In this document: piece after piece, positions 19,767-29,933 of the stretch
Layout of the letters: each line of letters starts with the position of its first letter
How positions within the stretch are numbered: the stretch's first letter is position 1
Source of the DNA: Candidatus Latescibacterota bacterium
Lineage (GTDB): Bacteria > Latescibacterota > UBA2968
DNA length: 64,000 nucleotides
NCBI GenBank assembly: GCA_965205975.1
Contig: OZ242195.1
Span: 2,112,001-2,176,000 of the forward strand
Direction of reading: 5' to 3'
Program-made: the position numbers and the translations under genes
Notes under the pieces: generated by a model
The model's input: only the letters and a program-made list of their open reading frames with translations
Databases searched by the model: none
What the model was told of the DNA's origin: nothing

Positions 19767-19932
19767 CTTAATACGAAAATTAAATGATGAGGGTTGTGTG
19801 TTTGTCCGCCATGGGGGAAAGCATGACATTTACAAAAACCCCAACACGGGCATATCTCAGCCTGTTCCTCGCCATAGAGAAATTGACAAAGGAACCGCAA
19901 TGCGTATCATTAAGGCACTTACGGCTGGCTGA
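19753..19932 (+). CDS. hicA: HicA toxin (59 aa, absent from the ORF track)
   Basis: MKRVDLIRKLNDEGCVFVRHGGKHDIYKNPNTGISQPVPRHREIDKGTAMRIIKALTAG*, with G.KH and VPRH motifs. Confidence 0.9.
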   Translation: MKRVDLIRKLNDEGCVFVRHGGKHDIYKNPNTGISQPVPRHREIDKGTAMRIIKALTAG

Positions 19933-20038
19933 GTCAGGCATTGCCTGACCTGTTTCCACTCTGTCTCAGGCTCTAAAAAAAACCTCAACTTGACACAATA
20001 ATCCGTTTTGTCGTGTACTGTGTTGTACAATAAAAAAA

Positions 20039-20123
20039 TGCCGAGGACGGGACTCGAACCCGTACGGGCGATTAGCCCAAGGGATTTTAAGTCCCTCGTG
20101 TCTACCAGTTCCACCACCTCGGC
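20039..20123 (-). tRNA. tRNA-Leu(TAA)
   Basis: GCCGAGG...GGTAGAC...CTTAAAA...long variable arm...GGTTCGAGTCC...CCTCGGCA; CCA not encoded. Confidence 0.95.
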
Positions 20124-20226
20124 ACAGTATGGCAAAAAATAGACAAAGACGCCATGCTTGTCAAACACGCAATTTCCCATACAAGTAACCGGTCAATCCC
20201 ATCGTCGAGATTGACCGGTTGATTTT

Positions 20227-20300
20227 TGGAGGTGCCGGGCGGATTCGAACCGCCGATAAAGGCTTTGCAGGCCTCTGCCTTACCGCTTGGCCACGGCACC
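20227..20300 (-). tRNA. tRNA-Cys(GCA)
   Basis: GGTGCCG...CTGCAAA...GGTTCGAATCC...CGGCACCTCCA. Confidence 0.95.
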
Positions 20301-20368
20301 CGATATGCTGTTTTTAATCCGCGAAGCGTTAAAATACCGTACTTTATATCGAATGTCAAGGGGGTGTA

Positions 20369-21022
20369 TTAACGCGCAGCCCAGTTAATACCGCGCCGCT
20401 GGATCTCTTTCGCCTCTGGAACATTGAAATCCACGGCTTTGTGCCCCAGGGAAGAGTAAAACACGCGTCCCTGTCCCCACATGCGCTTCCAAACCACCGG
20501 CATTACACAACCATTGACCCAGGGGGCCACATCGGTCTCAAACGTCGTTGTCACCAGCACTTCATTTCCCGGATCAGTATGCATATAATACTGCTCGGAA
20601 TGCATCGCAAAATCGCTCAGACCCGCCACAATCGGATCATCTGCTTTTTCCGGCACAATATTGACCTCATAATCGATCACCCCACCCGGGTGCGACACCC
20701 ACTGCCCGCCCGTCATCCACTGATAGCCCGTATTATTGCGAAATGCATCGCACATCCCACCGTGCCATCCCGCCAGTCCAACGCCACTCTTAACCGCCCC
20801 TTGAAGCCCCTGTTCCTGTTCTTTCTCAATACTCCCCATCGTCCAACAAGGCACAACAACGCTCAGTTCCGACATGTAATCCGCATCCGTATAAACATCC
20901 ATTGAATCGCGAACATCTACGTCAAATCCATCCGCTTCCAGCAACGGCGCAAAAATATCCACACATTCCTTTGGCTCGTGCCCTTGCCAACCACCCCATA
21001 CCATCAAAGCTTTCTTGCTCAT
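20369..21022 (-). CDS. ThuA-like (class I GATase-like) protein
   Basis: [40 protein letters not shown]. Confidence 0.85.
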   Translation of the reverse strand: MSKKALMVWGGWQGHEPKECVDIFAPLLEADGFDVDVRDSMDVYTDADYMSELSVVVPCWTMGSIEKEQEQGLQGAVKSGVGLAGWHGGMCDAFRNNTGYQWMTGGQWVSHPGGVIDYEVNIVPEKADDPIVAGLSDFAMHSEQYYMHTDPGNEVLVTTTFETDVAPWVNGCVMPVVWKRMWGQGRVFYSSLGHKAVDFNVPEAKEIQRRGINWAAR

Positions 21023-21047
21023 CTTTGTCTCCTTATTTGAAAATCTA

Positions 21048-22103
21048 TCAACTGCCCAGCGCAAAAGCCAGACCTCGTTCCTCTGCTGTTTTCTTCAGAT
21101 CATTCAACGTAACCGCATTCAACGGTATGCCACGCGTGCGATACTCGTTCCGCCGCAGGGCTTCGGGTTCACCAGGAGCAAATAGCCGATCCACCCCAGG
21201 CGCCCTTTTGCAGGCATGAATCTGCTGAATCGCATTGTCAACCCGCGCCTTGAATCGCGCCACATCTTCAAAAGCACCCACCCGAATAGCCGCCACAAAA
21301 TGACCATCTTCACCTGCCTGTGGTCCCTCTTCCATATTGCCCAATTCGGTGCCATAGCTCGCGCCGGATAACATAGAAGACAAAATCCCCATCACCATGG
21401 CCAGCGCCACACCCTTAAATTGCCCAATCGGCATCAGCAGGCCATCTATCGCCTTTACGGGATCGGTCGTCGGCACCCCGTCCGCATCCATGGCCCATCC
21501 TTCTGGCAAGGTCAGCCCTTTTTGTTCATATACGCGGATTTTCCCATGCGCAGAGCCGGAAAATGCCGCGTCAAAAACAATGGGAAATTCCCTACCGGCG
21601 GGAATCGCCACGCTCAGAGGGTTGATACCCAGGACGCGCTCGGCGCCTCCCCACGGAGCCATTGTGGGCAGGGCATTGGTCGTCGCAATCCCAATCATAT
21701 CGCAATCCAGGGCCATACGCGCAAAATACCCCACGGCACCGCAGTGATTACTGCCCCGAATACCCGCGGCTGCCATACCAATATCCCGAGCACGATCAAT
21801 CACCTGCTGCATCGCAAACGCCGTCCCAATCTGCCCCATAGAATTGCCCCCATCCACCACGAGACACGCCCCATTATCCTTCACCACCTCGGGTTTACCA
21901 TCTGGATCCACGCCATCGACCGTCAACTTCCTCACGTATTCGGGAACGCGCAATACCCCATGCGAATGTATGCCACCGAGATCGGCATCCACCAGCGAAT
22001 CCGCCAACAGATATGCATCCCCTGCACGCATCTCACACGTCTTAAAAATCGCCTGCACCAGATCCAACAGTGCCCCAGCAGCCACACGCCTTTCATTCTC
22101 CAT
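21048..22103 (-). CDS. Ldh_2 family NAD(P)-dependent oxidoreductase
   Basis: ADL.G.HSHG, SNHCG, GINP, KG..LA, APGE. Confidence 0.9.
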   Translation of the reverse strand: MENERRVAAGALLDLVQAIFKTCEMRAGDAYLLADSLVDADLGGIHSHGVLRVPEYVRKLTVDGVDPDGKPEVVKDNGACLVVDGGNSMGQIGTAFAMQQVIDRARDIGMAAAGIRGSNHCGAVGYFARMALDCDMIGIATTNALPTMAPWGGAERVLGINPLSVAIPAGREFPIVFDAAFSGSAHGKIRVYEQKGLTLPEGWAMDADGVPTTDPVKAIDGLLMPIGQFKGVALAMVMGILSSMLSGASYGTELGNMEEGPQAGEDGHFVAAIRVGAFEDVARFKARVDNAIQQIHACKRAPGVDRLFAPGEPEALRRNEYRTRGIPLNAVTLNDLKKTAEERGLAFALGS

Positions 22104-22107
22104 TGCA

Positions 22108-22533
22108 CTATCCCTCAAAAATCTCTCTAAATTTTTGGGGTACGGGTCTGATCCTCCGATTGCCATAATCGAGAAACACAATGCCCGTCTTTGCCCGCGC
22201 TACCTCCCGCCCATCGGATTTTGCACGCAAAAGATAAAACAAATCACACCCCGTGCGCGAAAAATTGCACACCGCCACATCGCCCACAAGCGTCTCGCCG
22301 TAAAAAGCCTCGCTTCGAAAAACAATCACAGCATCAATCATCAAAATACCCACGCCATCCACATCCAACTCCGTAAAACCATACTCTGCAAACAAACGCG
22401 CACGCACCTCATGGCACAGGGACAACACCGCATCGTTACCCAGATGCCCACCGTAATTGATATCCGAAACTCTCAACGAGATTTCAGTTGTAAAAATGAA
22501 CTCATCGGGTAATACCAGCTTCACCCTGCCCAT
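22108..22533 (-). CDS. Hot-dog fold thioesterase
   Basis: RVSDINYGGHLGND..L...EVR. Confidence 0.85.
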   Translation of the reverse strand: MGRVKLVLPDEFIFTTEISLRVSDINYGGHLGNDAVLSLCHEVRARLFAEYGFTELDVDGVGILMIDAVIVFRSEAFYGETLVGDVAVCNFSRTGCDLFYLLRAKSDGREVARAKTGIVFLDYGNRRIRPVPQKFREIFEG

Positions 22534-22554
22534 CTGCCCTCCAAATCTACGCGC

Positions 22555-23292
22555 TCAACACTTGCACGCCACATGCCGATCTTCGTATATCCCCTTCAAA
22601 AATTTCTCGGGATTGAGTTCTTCTGGCAAATAATGCCAGGCCGTGCTATAGCGCGTGCGATTGCTGTGATTATCATAGGAACCGTGCAGAAGATTGGCGG
22701 AAAACAGAACAACCGTACCAGCGGGAATGACCAGATCTACAGCCTGCGCTTCATCGACCTCTGTCCAACTGCCGTGCCGGCCTATGTTTCTGCGGTGCTC
22801 GGCAATCTCGCCCATCCGGTGACTGCCGGGCACCACCCGCAAACACCCATTCTCCACATCTGAATCTTCCAGATAAATCCCGCAACTGATAATGCAATCC
22901 GTATCAGTTCCAAAATAAAAATTATCCTGATGCCAACCCGTTGACGTACCGCCATTGGGCAACTTGGGAAAAAACTTGGTACCAAACACATCGATATTTT
23001 CACCAATCAATACTGCCACGCGGTCTAAAATCGCCGGCTCGCGCGCCAGTTCCAATACGCGGACATCAACCACGCAAACGCCTTGAATTTTATGTAACAA
23101 ACCCGCTCGGGGCACACCTCGCTCGTCTAACTCGAGTGTCCAGTGCGGCACCTGCTCGGTCAGCTCGCGCCCCTCTGCGACCAGTTCATCAAAAACCTGC
23201 TTGTAATAGGCCAATCTCTCGCCCTGGATCAGGGCTTTAAAAACGAGATACCCATCTTCTCGAAACTGCTGCACCTGTTCGTCTGTCAACAT
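22555..23292 (-). CDS. Phytanoyl-CoA dioxygenase (PhyH) family protein
   Basis: F.EDGY, WHQD, ENGCL.VVPGSH, LLHGS..N.S...R. Confidence 0.9.
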   Translation of the reverse strand: MLTDEQVQQFREDGYLVFKALIQGERLAYYKQVFDELVAEGRELTEQVPHWTLELDERGVPRAGLLHKIQGVCVVDVRVLELAREPAILDRVAVLIGENIDVFGTKFFPKLPNGGTSTGWHQDNFYFGTDTDCIISCGIYLEDSDVENGCLRVVPGSHRMGEIAEHRRNIGRHGSWTEVDEAQAVDLVIPAGTVVLFSANLLHGSYDNHSNRTRYSTAWHYLPEELNPEKFLKGIYEDRHVACKC

Positions 23293-23308
23293 AAAACCCT
23301 CCCTTGAT

Positions 23309-23409
23309 CAGGATTTTCAGGATCTTCAGGATACCACGGATCACAACAGCGGGCGACCACGAGGGTCGCCCCTACAATCATCTGTGTTAATCTGTGTTAA
23401 TCTGTGGTT
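23309..23409. repeat. Cluster of 9-mer tandem repeats, a GTAG-type REP palindrome and 10-mer tandem repeats
   Basis: caggatttt/caggatctt/caggatacc; gggcgaccacgagggtcgcccctac (23351-23375); atctgtgtta x3. Confidence 0.7.
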
Positions 23410-24346
23410 GCTTTCGAATTTCCCGATTCAACTTCGCGGCCTTCACCAACCCGCGCTCAAGCAATTGGTAATAGGCTGCAGAATCCATCGTCGCTTTTTT
23501 TTTCACCAGAACCTGCACCTCGTCAATCGCCTTGCCATAAGCTGCAACAAGCGCGGGCGAAGCACCTTTGGGAACGCGAAAATTGAGCAAAAAACAACGG
23601 TCAGCCAACAACCCATCACCCTCGCCAATATCGGACAGACGCGTACCCAACCTATCGCCATTATCGTCCAAAATCGCGTTCTCTGTCGCGATCAGCCCCT
23701 CACTCAAAAACCAGGCATCTGTCAGCGAAGATGCTTGTGTGCAAATTTCCAGAACCGAAATGTGGTCATCGCGATTTTGATCGGCGCTGCCATCCTCCAA
23801 TGCCTGCACAAAAAAACCCATAAATTGCGTGGCATTGCGCTGATCTGTACTGCGCGTACTCGCGCATATAATACGCCCATCTCGACTCAGTGCATTGACA
23901 AAAGGCGCACTCATCGACGCGGCATTGACAACAATAATGCGCTGCGCGGACAGCATCTTCAAAAATACATCCAGATCTTCCGCTGTCAAATCCGCACCCG
24001 GAATATTCAACTTGCCAACCTGACGCCGATAGCTCCCGTGCCCAATCAAAAAAATGAACACATCGTCACCCGGCGTTACCCGCTCCGACAAACCGCGGAA
24101 TACATTGCGGATGCCTTTTAACGATGAATTACCATCGGCATTCTCACCCGTCTCATTCACCAATAGCACATTTGCCGCGGGATGATCGCATCGATCAATC
24201 AGCACCCGGCGCAAACGCTGCCCCCAATCGTCAAACCGCTCGGAATACTCATCCTCTCCACCACTGCCACTGATAATCACATCGAAAACAGCGGCATTTG
24301 TCTGCGCCAGCATCAATACCCAAATAGGGAAAACCCATAATTTCAC
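23387..24346 (-). CDS. Secreted caspase/C13-fold-like hypothetical protein (MoxR cluster)
   Basis: Signal peptide; FIFLIGHG; DQNRDDHISVLE; ATENAILDDNGD. Confidence 0.55.
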   Translation of the reverse strand: MKLWVFPIWVLMLAQTNAAVFDVIISGSGGEDEYSERFDDWGQRLRRVLIDRCDHPAANVLLVNETGENADGNSSLKGIRNVFRGLSERVTPGDDVFIFLIGHGSYRRQVGKLNIPGADLTAEDLDVFLKMLSAQRIIVVNAASMSAPFVNALSRDGRIICASTRSTDQRNATQFMGFFVQALEDGSADQNRDDHISVLEICTQASSLTDAWFLSEGLIATENAILDDNGDRLGTRLSDIGEGDGLLADRCFLLNFRVPKGASPALVAAYGKAIDEVQVLVKKKATMDSAAYYQLLERGLVKAAKLNREIRKQPQINTD

Positions 24347-26700
24347 GGCTCACCCCGCTTCCGTCTCAAATACCATTCAAGGCCGAGCAACAACACAAGT
24401 ACTATATAAAAAGGCGGAAAATGCCACAACGGAAAACGATCCAATCGCGCATGAGCCTGATCGGTATATGGAATCTGCTCGGCCAATTCATCCAGCGCGT
24501 CCAACTCGATAAATTTGCCCCCCGTGTGTGCAGACAGACGTTTCAAAAAATCGGGATTATAACGCGCAGACAAAAACTCGAGATTATCCGGACGCGCCAG
24601 CACAGCAGCGTCCAGTTGCCCGACATCTGCGCCATCGGCATCGCGTGCAGTAAGTCTTACGCGGTGCAATCCCGCTTCTGTGGCCTCAAAAATCGCTGAA
24701 TACGCCCCCACCTCGGCAATAGACTCAGAAACCGGCAATCTAATCGTCCCACCATTCGGTATCTCGACCTGCACATCGACGGACAGCCCTTCTCGGGATT
24801 CAAAAAGAGAATCGCGCACCACAAACTTCAAATCGCGCAGGTCCCCCACCACAACATCCTCGCCGCTATCGATCATCGTCACAGGCTCTGGCACCCGCAT
24901 CGCCAGCAAACGCGCCAACTGCCGCCAAAAGCGTTCGTGGGCGGCATTGTCAACATTCTGCATCATCTGCCACTGCCACGTCTCGCCCGTTCCCAGTGCC
25001 GCACTCAAACCCTCTCCATATCGCTGCCATGCAAACAGCGGTTGTCCACCCACAGCTTCAGACTCGGCATCCACCGTCGCCATCACCGTTGCACCAGCGC
25101 GCACAGACGCAAACGCATTGACCCCGTAAAGCGCCGACAAATTCGCCCACTGCTCCGCATTGGCTTCGGCATCTTCACTCAAAGACCAGACCCCTGACAA
25201 TAAGCCTTCAATCGTCGGCTTGGCTCGAAAAGCCACATCGTCGTAATCGCCCGCAGGTCCCAACACAACGGGTAACATCGGTTCAATAGTCGAATGTGCC
25301 CATCCGCCCTCTGAGTATGCACGCGGACCGCCCAGCATCAAAAAACTGCCCCCGCGTTTGGACACAAATTCCCGCGTCAAATTGAGTTGTGCAAGAGAAA
25401 AGAAATCGCGCTCAATATCCCCCCAGATCACCAGATGGTAGCGAAAAAGTTCTGAAACATCTGAGGGATACCCACTTGCCAACTCCGATTTTGACACACC
25501 AATGCGGATAAAAACCGCTTCGTCATAACGCGGCGCATTCAACGCCTGATCGTCAAAGCCCTCAAAAAGGGGATTCGCCATCGTCGCATCGCGTCCCCGA
25601 AATACAAACTTGCGCTCGGCACCAGAAATGCGAACCAGACTCGACAGAACGAGTTGCGGCGCCCCATCTAAAGCACGTCTCAAAAACTTGCCCTCCCAAT
25701 TGGGCCGCCCGCTAAAATACAAAATGCGAAAAACGCGCTCGCGATTATCCACCAGAATATCCCGCGCATTATTCGCAGCAATGCGATCTTTGGTCGCAAC
25801 ACCCGTAGTATCTGCCAAACGCGTTCTCACGCGATGTGATAGCCAGCCATCTCTTTGCGGGTCAAAATGGAGCCGAACATAATTCTCTTCTTGCGGTCCC
25901 ACAATAGAGAGCGGTGACGACGCCACCACCCGCGTGCCGTCCAGCACCTCAACCATTACATCTTCACCACCCAGCCCCTCGGCCACCACCCGCGCTGTAA
26001 CCGCCACCTCATCGGACCGCACGCGCGACACCGACACATCGGCCAATGCCAGATCGCGCCAGAGATCATCGCGACCTACCCCCACCGTAAAAACGGGCAC
26101 ATCGCGGGGCAAATCCGTTATCGGAACAGGCGCAGCACTTTGCTGTACCCCATCGCTAAACACCACCACAGCCGATACTGCAGCACCCGACATTTTCTTG
26201 AGCACCCCGCGAACTGCACCGACAATATCTGATCGCCCCTGATCAAACACCAGGTCTTCAACCGCATTTACGCGCGCTGTTGTGCTGCCAAACCGAAACC
26301 GCGCCACCTGGTGAGACTGTGTCAACACGCGCTCAAAATCCGACGCCTGATACGCCTCCACAAATCGTTCTGCCCGCGTCTCTCCACCATTTTCAGACAC
26401 CGTCATACTGCGAGAATCATCAAACAGAACAGGCACAAAATGCGTGCCAGGCTCCAATCTCTGCGCCACCAGCGCAGGCCCCAATAACAAAAATAGCACC
26501 AGCGTCAATGCCAGCGCGCGCAACCCAATCAACACCTTTGAAAGCGCAGGGCGCCGCCTGTGCCAAAGAACCAAACTCACACAAAAAACAACGCCGAGCA
26601 AGACCAGCGCCACAGGCCCTGCGACATCCAGTGCAAACCGCACATCGCGATACGCAACGGCGCGATCCCCGGCCAATAAGTGTAATAACCAGTCAGTCAC
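24343..26700 (-). CDS. Membrane protein with VWA-like and glutamine-amidotransferase-like domains
   Basis: FDDSRSM, FSDG, GGSFLMLGG, RYGEG, C-terminal TM EWYLRR. Confidence 0.75.
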   Translation of the reverse strand: MTDWLLHLLAGDRAVAYRDVRFALDVAGPVALVLLGVVFCVSLVLWHRRRPALSKVLIGLRALALTLVLFLLLGPALVAQRLEPGTHFVPVLFDDSRSMTVSENGGETRAERFVEAYQASDFERVLTQSHQVARFRFGSTTARVNAVEDLVFDQGRSDIVGAVRGVLKKMSGAAVSAVVVFSDGVQQSAAPVPITDLPRDVPVFTVGVGRDDLWRDLALADVSVSRVRSDEVAVTARVVAEGLGGEDVMVEVLDGTRVVASSPLSIVGPQEENYVRLHFDPQRDGWLSHRVRTRLADTTGVATKDRIAANNARDILVDNRERVFRILYFSGRPNWEGKFLRRALDGAPQLVLSSLVRISGAERKFVFRGRDATMANPLFEGFDDQALNAPRYDEAVFIRIGVSKSELASGYPSDVSELFRYHLVIWGDIERDFFSLAQLNLTREFVSKRGGSFLMLGGPRAYSEGGWAHSTIEPMLPVVLGPAGDYDDVAFRAKPTIEGLLSGVWSLSEDAEANAEQWANLSALYGVNAFASVRAGATVMATVDAESEAVGGQPLFAWQRYGEGLSAALGTGETWQWQMMQNVDNAAHERFWRQLARLLAMRVPEPVTMIDSGEDVVVGDLRDLKFVVRDSLFESREGLSVDVQVEIPNGGTIRLPVSESIAEVGAYSAIFEATEAGLHRVRLTARDADGADVGQLDAAVLARPDNLEFLSARYNPDFLKRLSAHTGGKFIELDALDELAEQIPYTDQAHARLDRFPLWHFPPFYIVLVLLLGLEWYLRRKRGEP

Positions 26701-29700
26701 TTCTCATTTTCCGTCAATGCCTTAAAATACTCGGCAACGCGGGTGCGGTATTGCTCGGGAATTTCATCTGTCTTACCAGCGGAAAATCCGTAATCGCTTT
26801 TTCGCTCGCGAATCAGATCCGACAATTCTTCGGCAGACAGCGTCAACGGCTTGATCGCGCGATCAAAAATCAAATCGTATTGCGGCACCGTCCCCTCGCG
26901 ATAATAATCGCGCCCAATACCCGCCAGATCTTCGCGGATACCCGTCAAACGCTGTCGCACACCCAAATCAGCCGGCAAAAGCGACTCGGCCTCGCGCAAT
27001 CGATCCATCCAATCGCGAAAACCGCCTTCGGCAAAACGCCGCAACGCATCGGGGCTTTGCGGTCCCCATCCAAATCGCCCGTCACCATCCCCTCTTTCTC
27101 CCCCCATCACACTCTCCAAACGCTCCTGCGCCCGCTCCAGCGCTTCCAGATCATCGCGCACCAGAAGCTGCGCGACACCATCGAGTTTTTCCGCCGCCTG
27201 ATCCAACTTCTCCGCCACAACGCGCTCGTGTGTTTCCGACGCACGCCATGCCCCCAATCTCACCAATCGCTCGCCCGCTTGCATATCTTCAAAAATACCC
27301 TCCCGGCTCGTCTCGCGCAGCCAGTCATTGAGCTTTTGCGACATCAAACCCTGGCTTTCAGCGGCCTTTTCTGCCAACGCACTCGCCTCCTCCATCATAT
27401 CGCGGAACTCATCGGCCGTGTGTTGCTTCTCTTCGAGCATCTCTCTCAACCCGCGCTCCGAATCAGACAGCGTTCCGCGCTGCGCCTGCTGTTCCTGTGC
27501 CTGTGCGACCAAACCCCGCTGTTGGGCGCGCAAACTATCCATATTATCTTGCAGCATCTTCATGCGCTCAGCAGCTGCCCCGCGCGATAAATTGCCCAAT
27601 TGCTCCTGCACATCGCGCAATGCGTCTAAAGCGCGATTGCCCGCAGCCCGTGCCCGTTGCAACTGATCGTTCTCCAGATTTTGCGCGCTGCGACTCATTT
27701 GCCGCCGCGCACCTTCCAATTGCTCCCGCGCCTGCCGCGCCTGTTGTGGATCCATATCCCCGGAAGCGATCTCGCCATTGACCGCATCGAGCGCATCCAT
27801 TGTCTGACGCTGCGCCTCGCGCAACTGCTCCAGGCGACGTTTGGCCTCCTCACGCGCTGCGCCATCCAGCTTTTCCACCTCTGAAATCAACTGCGCCACA
27901 TCTTCGTTAATCGCCGCCTGCCGCCTCGTCAATTCCTCAATTTTGTTTTGTGCCTCTGCCGTCTCGGCGAGTTGCTGTTGCAGTGTAGATGCCTCTTCCC
28001 GAAAATCTCGTCGCTGCGCCAACTCCAGACCATCTAACTCGCGTTGTTGTGCCTGGCCCCCACCGCCACCGCGCTGCCGCTGCCTGCCTTGCGCCACTTC
28101 AGACTCTCTCGGTCTCCTCTGCAACAGGTATCGATACGCGCGCTGAGCGTGCCCCCATGCCCTTGCCAATGCCGCATCGGGATCGTCAAAAGACGCCTCG
28201 CTCAGTGCCCCGATAACGCCCGCAAACTCAGCTTCCAAATCCGCCGCCGGATTCCTCACAGAACCCTGGACATTCTCCTGTGCTTCAATAATAGCGTGCT
28301 TCTGCTCATCGTATTCTTCCCGATCCATCCCCGACGCGCCTTTGCGCAAATTCCAGATCGCAATAATCACCTGCTTCTGACCCTCAGCACCACCCCGCTG
28401 CCCCCTGCCCTGCCCCTGCTGACCGCCCTCGTTGCTCACAGCCTGGCGATAGAGCCGTTCAAAAGGCCGAATCTCCAAAAAGTAGGGATCACCCAGATTC
28501 TCCACCTCAGACCGTCCGGGCTTGCCATCTTCTGCCCAAACCGTCCAGGTGATAAAATCGCCTGCCGCGAGACCCAAATCTTCCAATGCCATCGGATACT
28601 CACCCTCTGCACTCTCTATCCGCGCTGTCTCCGTCTTGAGAGAAATCCGCACGGGATCGCGCCCTGCAACCTCGTATTGCAAACCGTAATCCATAAGCCT
28701 GTAGTCATCTTTTATCGAAAACCCAAAAGCCACTTCCTCTATTGCCGTAGCCTCGTCATCCCCGCGTGGAAAACGAACCTGTATGCGCGGCGGCTGATCG
28801 ACCTTAGCAGTAATTTTATACGCGCGCGCATACTCATTTTCCTCGCCATCGGCATCTCGCAACGCCACCTCATATGAACCGTTCTTTATAATCGCCAGCG
28901 TACCTTCCCACACGGAATCGTCCGATTTTTCCAACGCCATTTCTTCCCCACCATCCAATACCAGGGCTGCCTTCTCCAACACTTTGTTCACCGTCACCGA
29001 CACCACCACCTCCGTGCCTTCGGGAGCCGTAATATCGCCCCCATAAGGCACATCTCGATCTTCCATTTCCAAATAGTCGGGATAGCGATATAGAAGTCCA
29101 ATTGACACGACTGCGGGCGGCGTCCACACCGAAAGTGTATAGACATCGGAACGATATGACCCAACCTGCACCTGGTATTCTGTATCGGCGTACAAATCGC
29201 GCAATTGATGGGCAAAAACATCGCCAGTCTCTCCAGGCTCTAAAGGCGCAGTTTGCCAGTCCCCGCCCGATGCTCGCCACTGAATCGCCTTACTCGCTCC
29301 TGAGAGATCTGTCGTCACCCACACCATCTGATGCGCCCCGCGCCGCACCCGTGCATCGCCCGGTTCAACGGTATAGGGCAATGGCAAACTCGGTACAGAA
29401 AACAACCGCCCTGCAATATCGCCCAGATCAACCTGCCACAGTACCAGGAGCAACACAACAGCCCCCAACCCCCACACCCCAACAACCGCGCGGCGCACGC
29501 GCGTCAAAACGCGCAAATCAATCACAGGAGGAGCCTGTATCGCCGACAATTCGCGCACCTGCTGAAACACCTGCTCGGTCATCCACTCGGAAACCGGCGT
29601 TGCCCCGTGCAGCGACACACTGCTCACGATCAGATCCTCAAGCTCGGGATGATGTGCATCGAGAAACAACGCGATCTGCTCTCGCGTCGCCACCGCCCGC

Positions 29701-29933
29701 TGCGGTACATACAACCACCTGTAACCCGCGCCAAAGACCAGAATAAAAAATGCTATCACTGGCACAACCACGGGCACGCGATCGGCAAAAGCTACCACAG
29801 CGCACACCCCAATCAGCAAGCCCAAAAACACCGCGCCAAATATTAACCGACCCTGCAAACGCCGCCGCCGTTCAAACTGCGCAGCCACTTCGCGGATCGC
29901 GTGTTCCAATTTAAGCGGTAGCAATGGTATCAT
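26697..29933 (-). CDS. Large membrane-anchored Ig-like/coiled-coil protein (DUF4175-like)
   Basis: N-terminal TMs, Q/E-rich coiled coil, C-terminal IPEQYR..V.EYF. Confidence 0.7.
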   Translation of the reverse strand: MIPLLPLKLEHAIREVAAQFERRRRLQGRLIFGAVFLGLLIGVCAVVAFADRVPVVVPVIAFFILVFGAGYRWLYVPQRAVATREQIALFLDAHHPELEDLIVSSVSLHGATPVSEWMTEQVFQQVRELSAIQAPPVIDLRVLTRVRRAVVGVWGLGAVVLLLVLWQVDLGDIAGRLFSVPSLPLPYTVEPGDARVRRGAHQMVWVTTDLSGASKAIQWRASGGDWQTAPLEPGETGDVFAHQLRDLYADTEYQVQVGSYRSDVYTLSVWTPPAVVSIGLLYRYPDYLEMEDRDVPYGGDITAPEGTEVVVSVTVNKVLEKAALVLDGGEEMALEKSDDSVWEGTLAIIKNGSYEVALRDADGEENEYARAYKITAKVDQPPRIQVRFPRGDDEATAIEEVAFGFSIKDDYRLMDYGLQYEVAGRDPVRISLKTETARIESAEGEYPMALEDLGLAAGDFITWTVWAEDGKPGRSEVENLGDPYFLEIRPFERLYRQAVSNEGGQQGQGRGQRGGAEGQKQVIIAIWNLRKGASGMDREEYDEQKHAIIEAQENVQGSVRNPAADLEAEFAGVIGALSEASFDDPDAALARAWGHAQRAYRYLLQRRPRESEVAQGRQRQRGGGGGQAQQRELDGLELAQRRDFREEASTLQQQLAETAEAQNKIEELTRRQAAINEDVAQLISEVEKLDGAAREEAKRRLEQLREAQRQTMDALDAVNGEIASGDMDPQQARQAREQLEGARRQMSRSAQNLENDQLQRARAAGNRALDALRDVQEQLGNLSRGAAAERMKMLQDNMDSLRAQQRGLVAQAQEQQAQRGTLSDSERGLREMLEEKQHTADEFRDMMEEASALAEKAAESQGLMSQKLNDWLRETSREGIFEDMQAGERLVRLGAWRASETHERVVAEKLDQAAEKLDGVAQLLVRDDLEALERAQERLESVMGGERGDGDGRFGWGPQSPDALRRFAEGGFRDWMDRLREAESLLPADLGVRQRLTGIREDLAGIGRDYYREGTVPQYDLIFDRAIKPLTLSAEELSDLIRERKSDYGFSAGKTDEIPEQYRTRVAEYFKALTENEK

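Noticed and set aside
19857..20359. ORFs 19857-20180 and 20102-20359
   Set aside because: They run across the two tRNA genes
26280..27590. 436-aa + strand ORF and similar long antisense ORFs
   Set aside because: Shadows of well-supported genes on the opposite strand; no recognisable motifs
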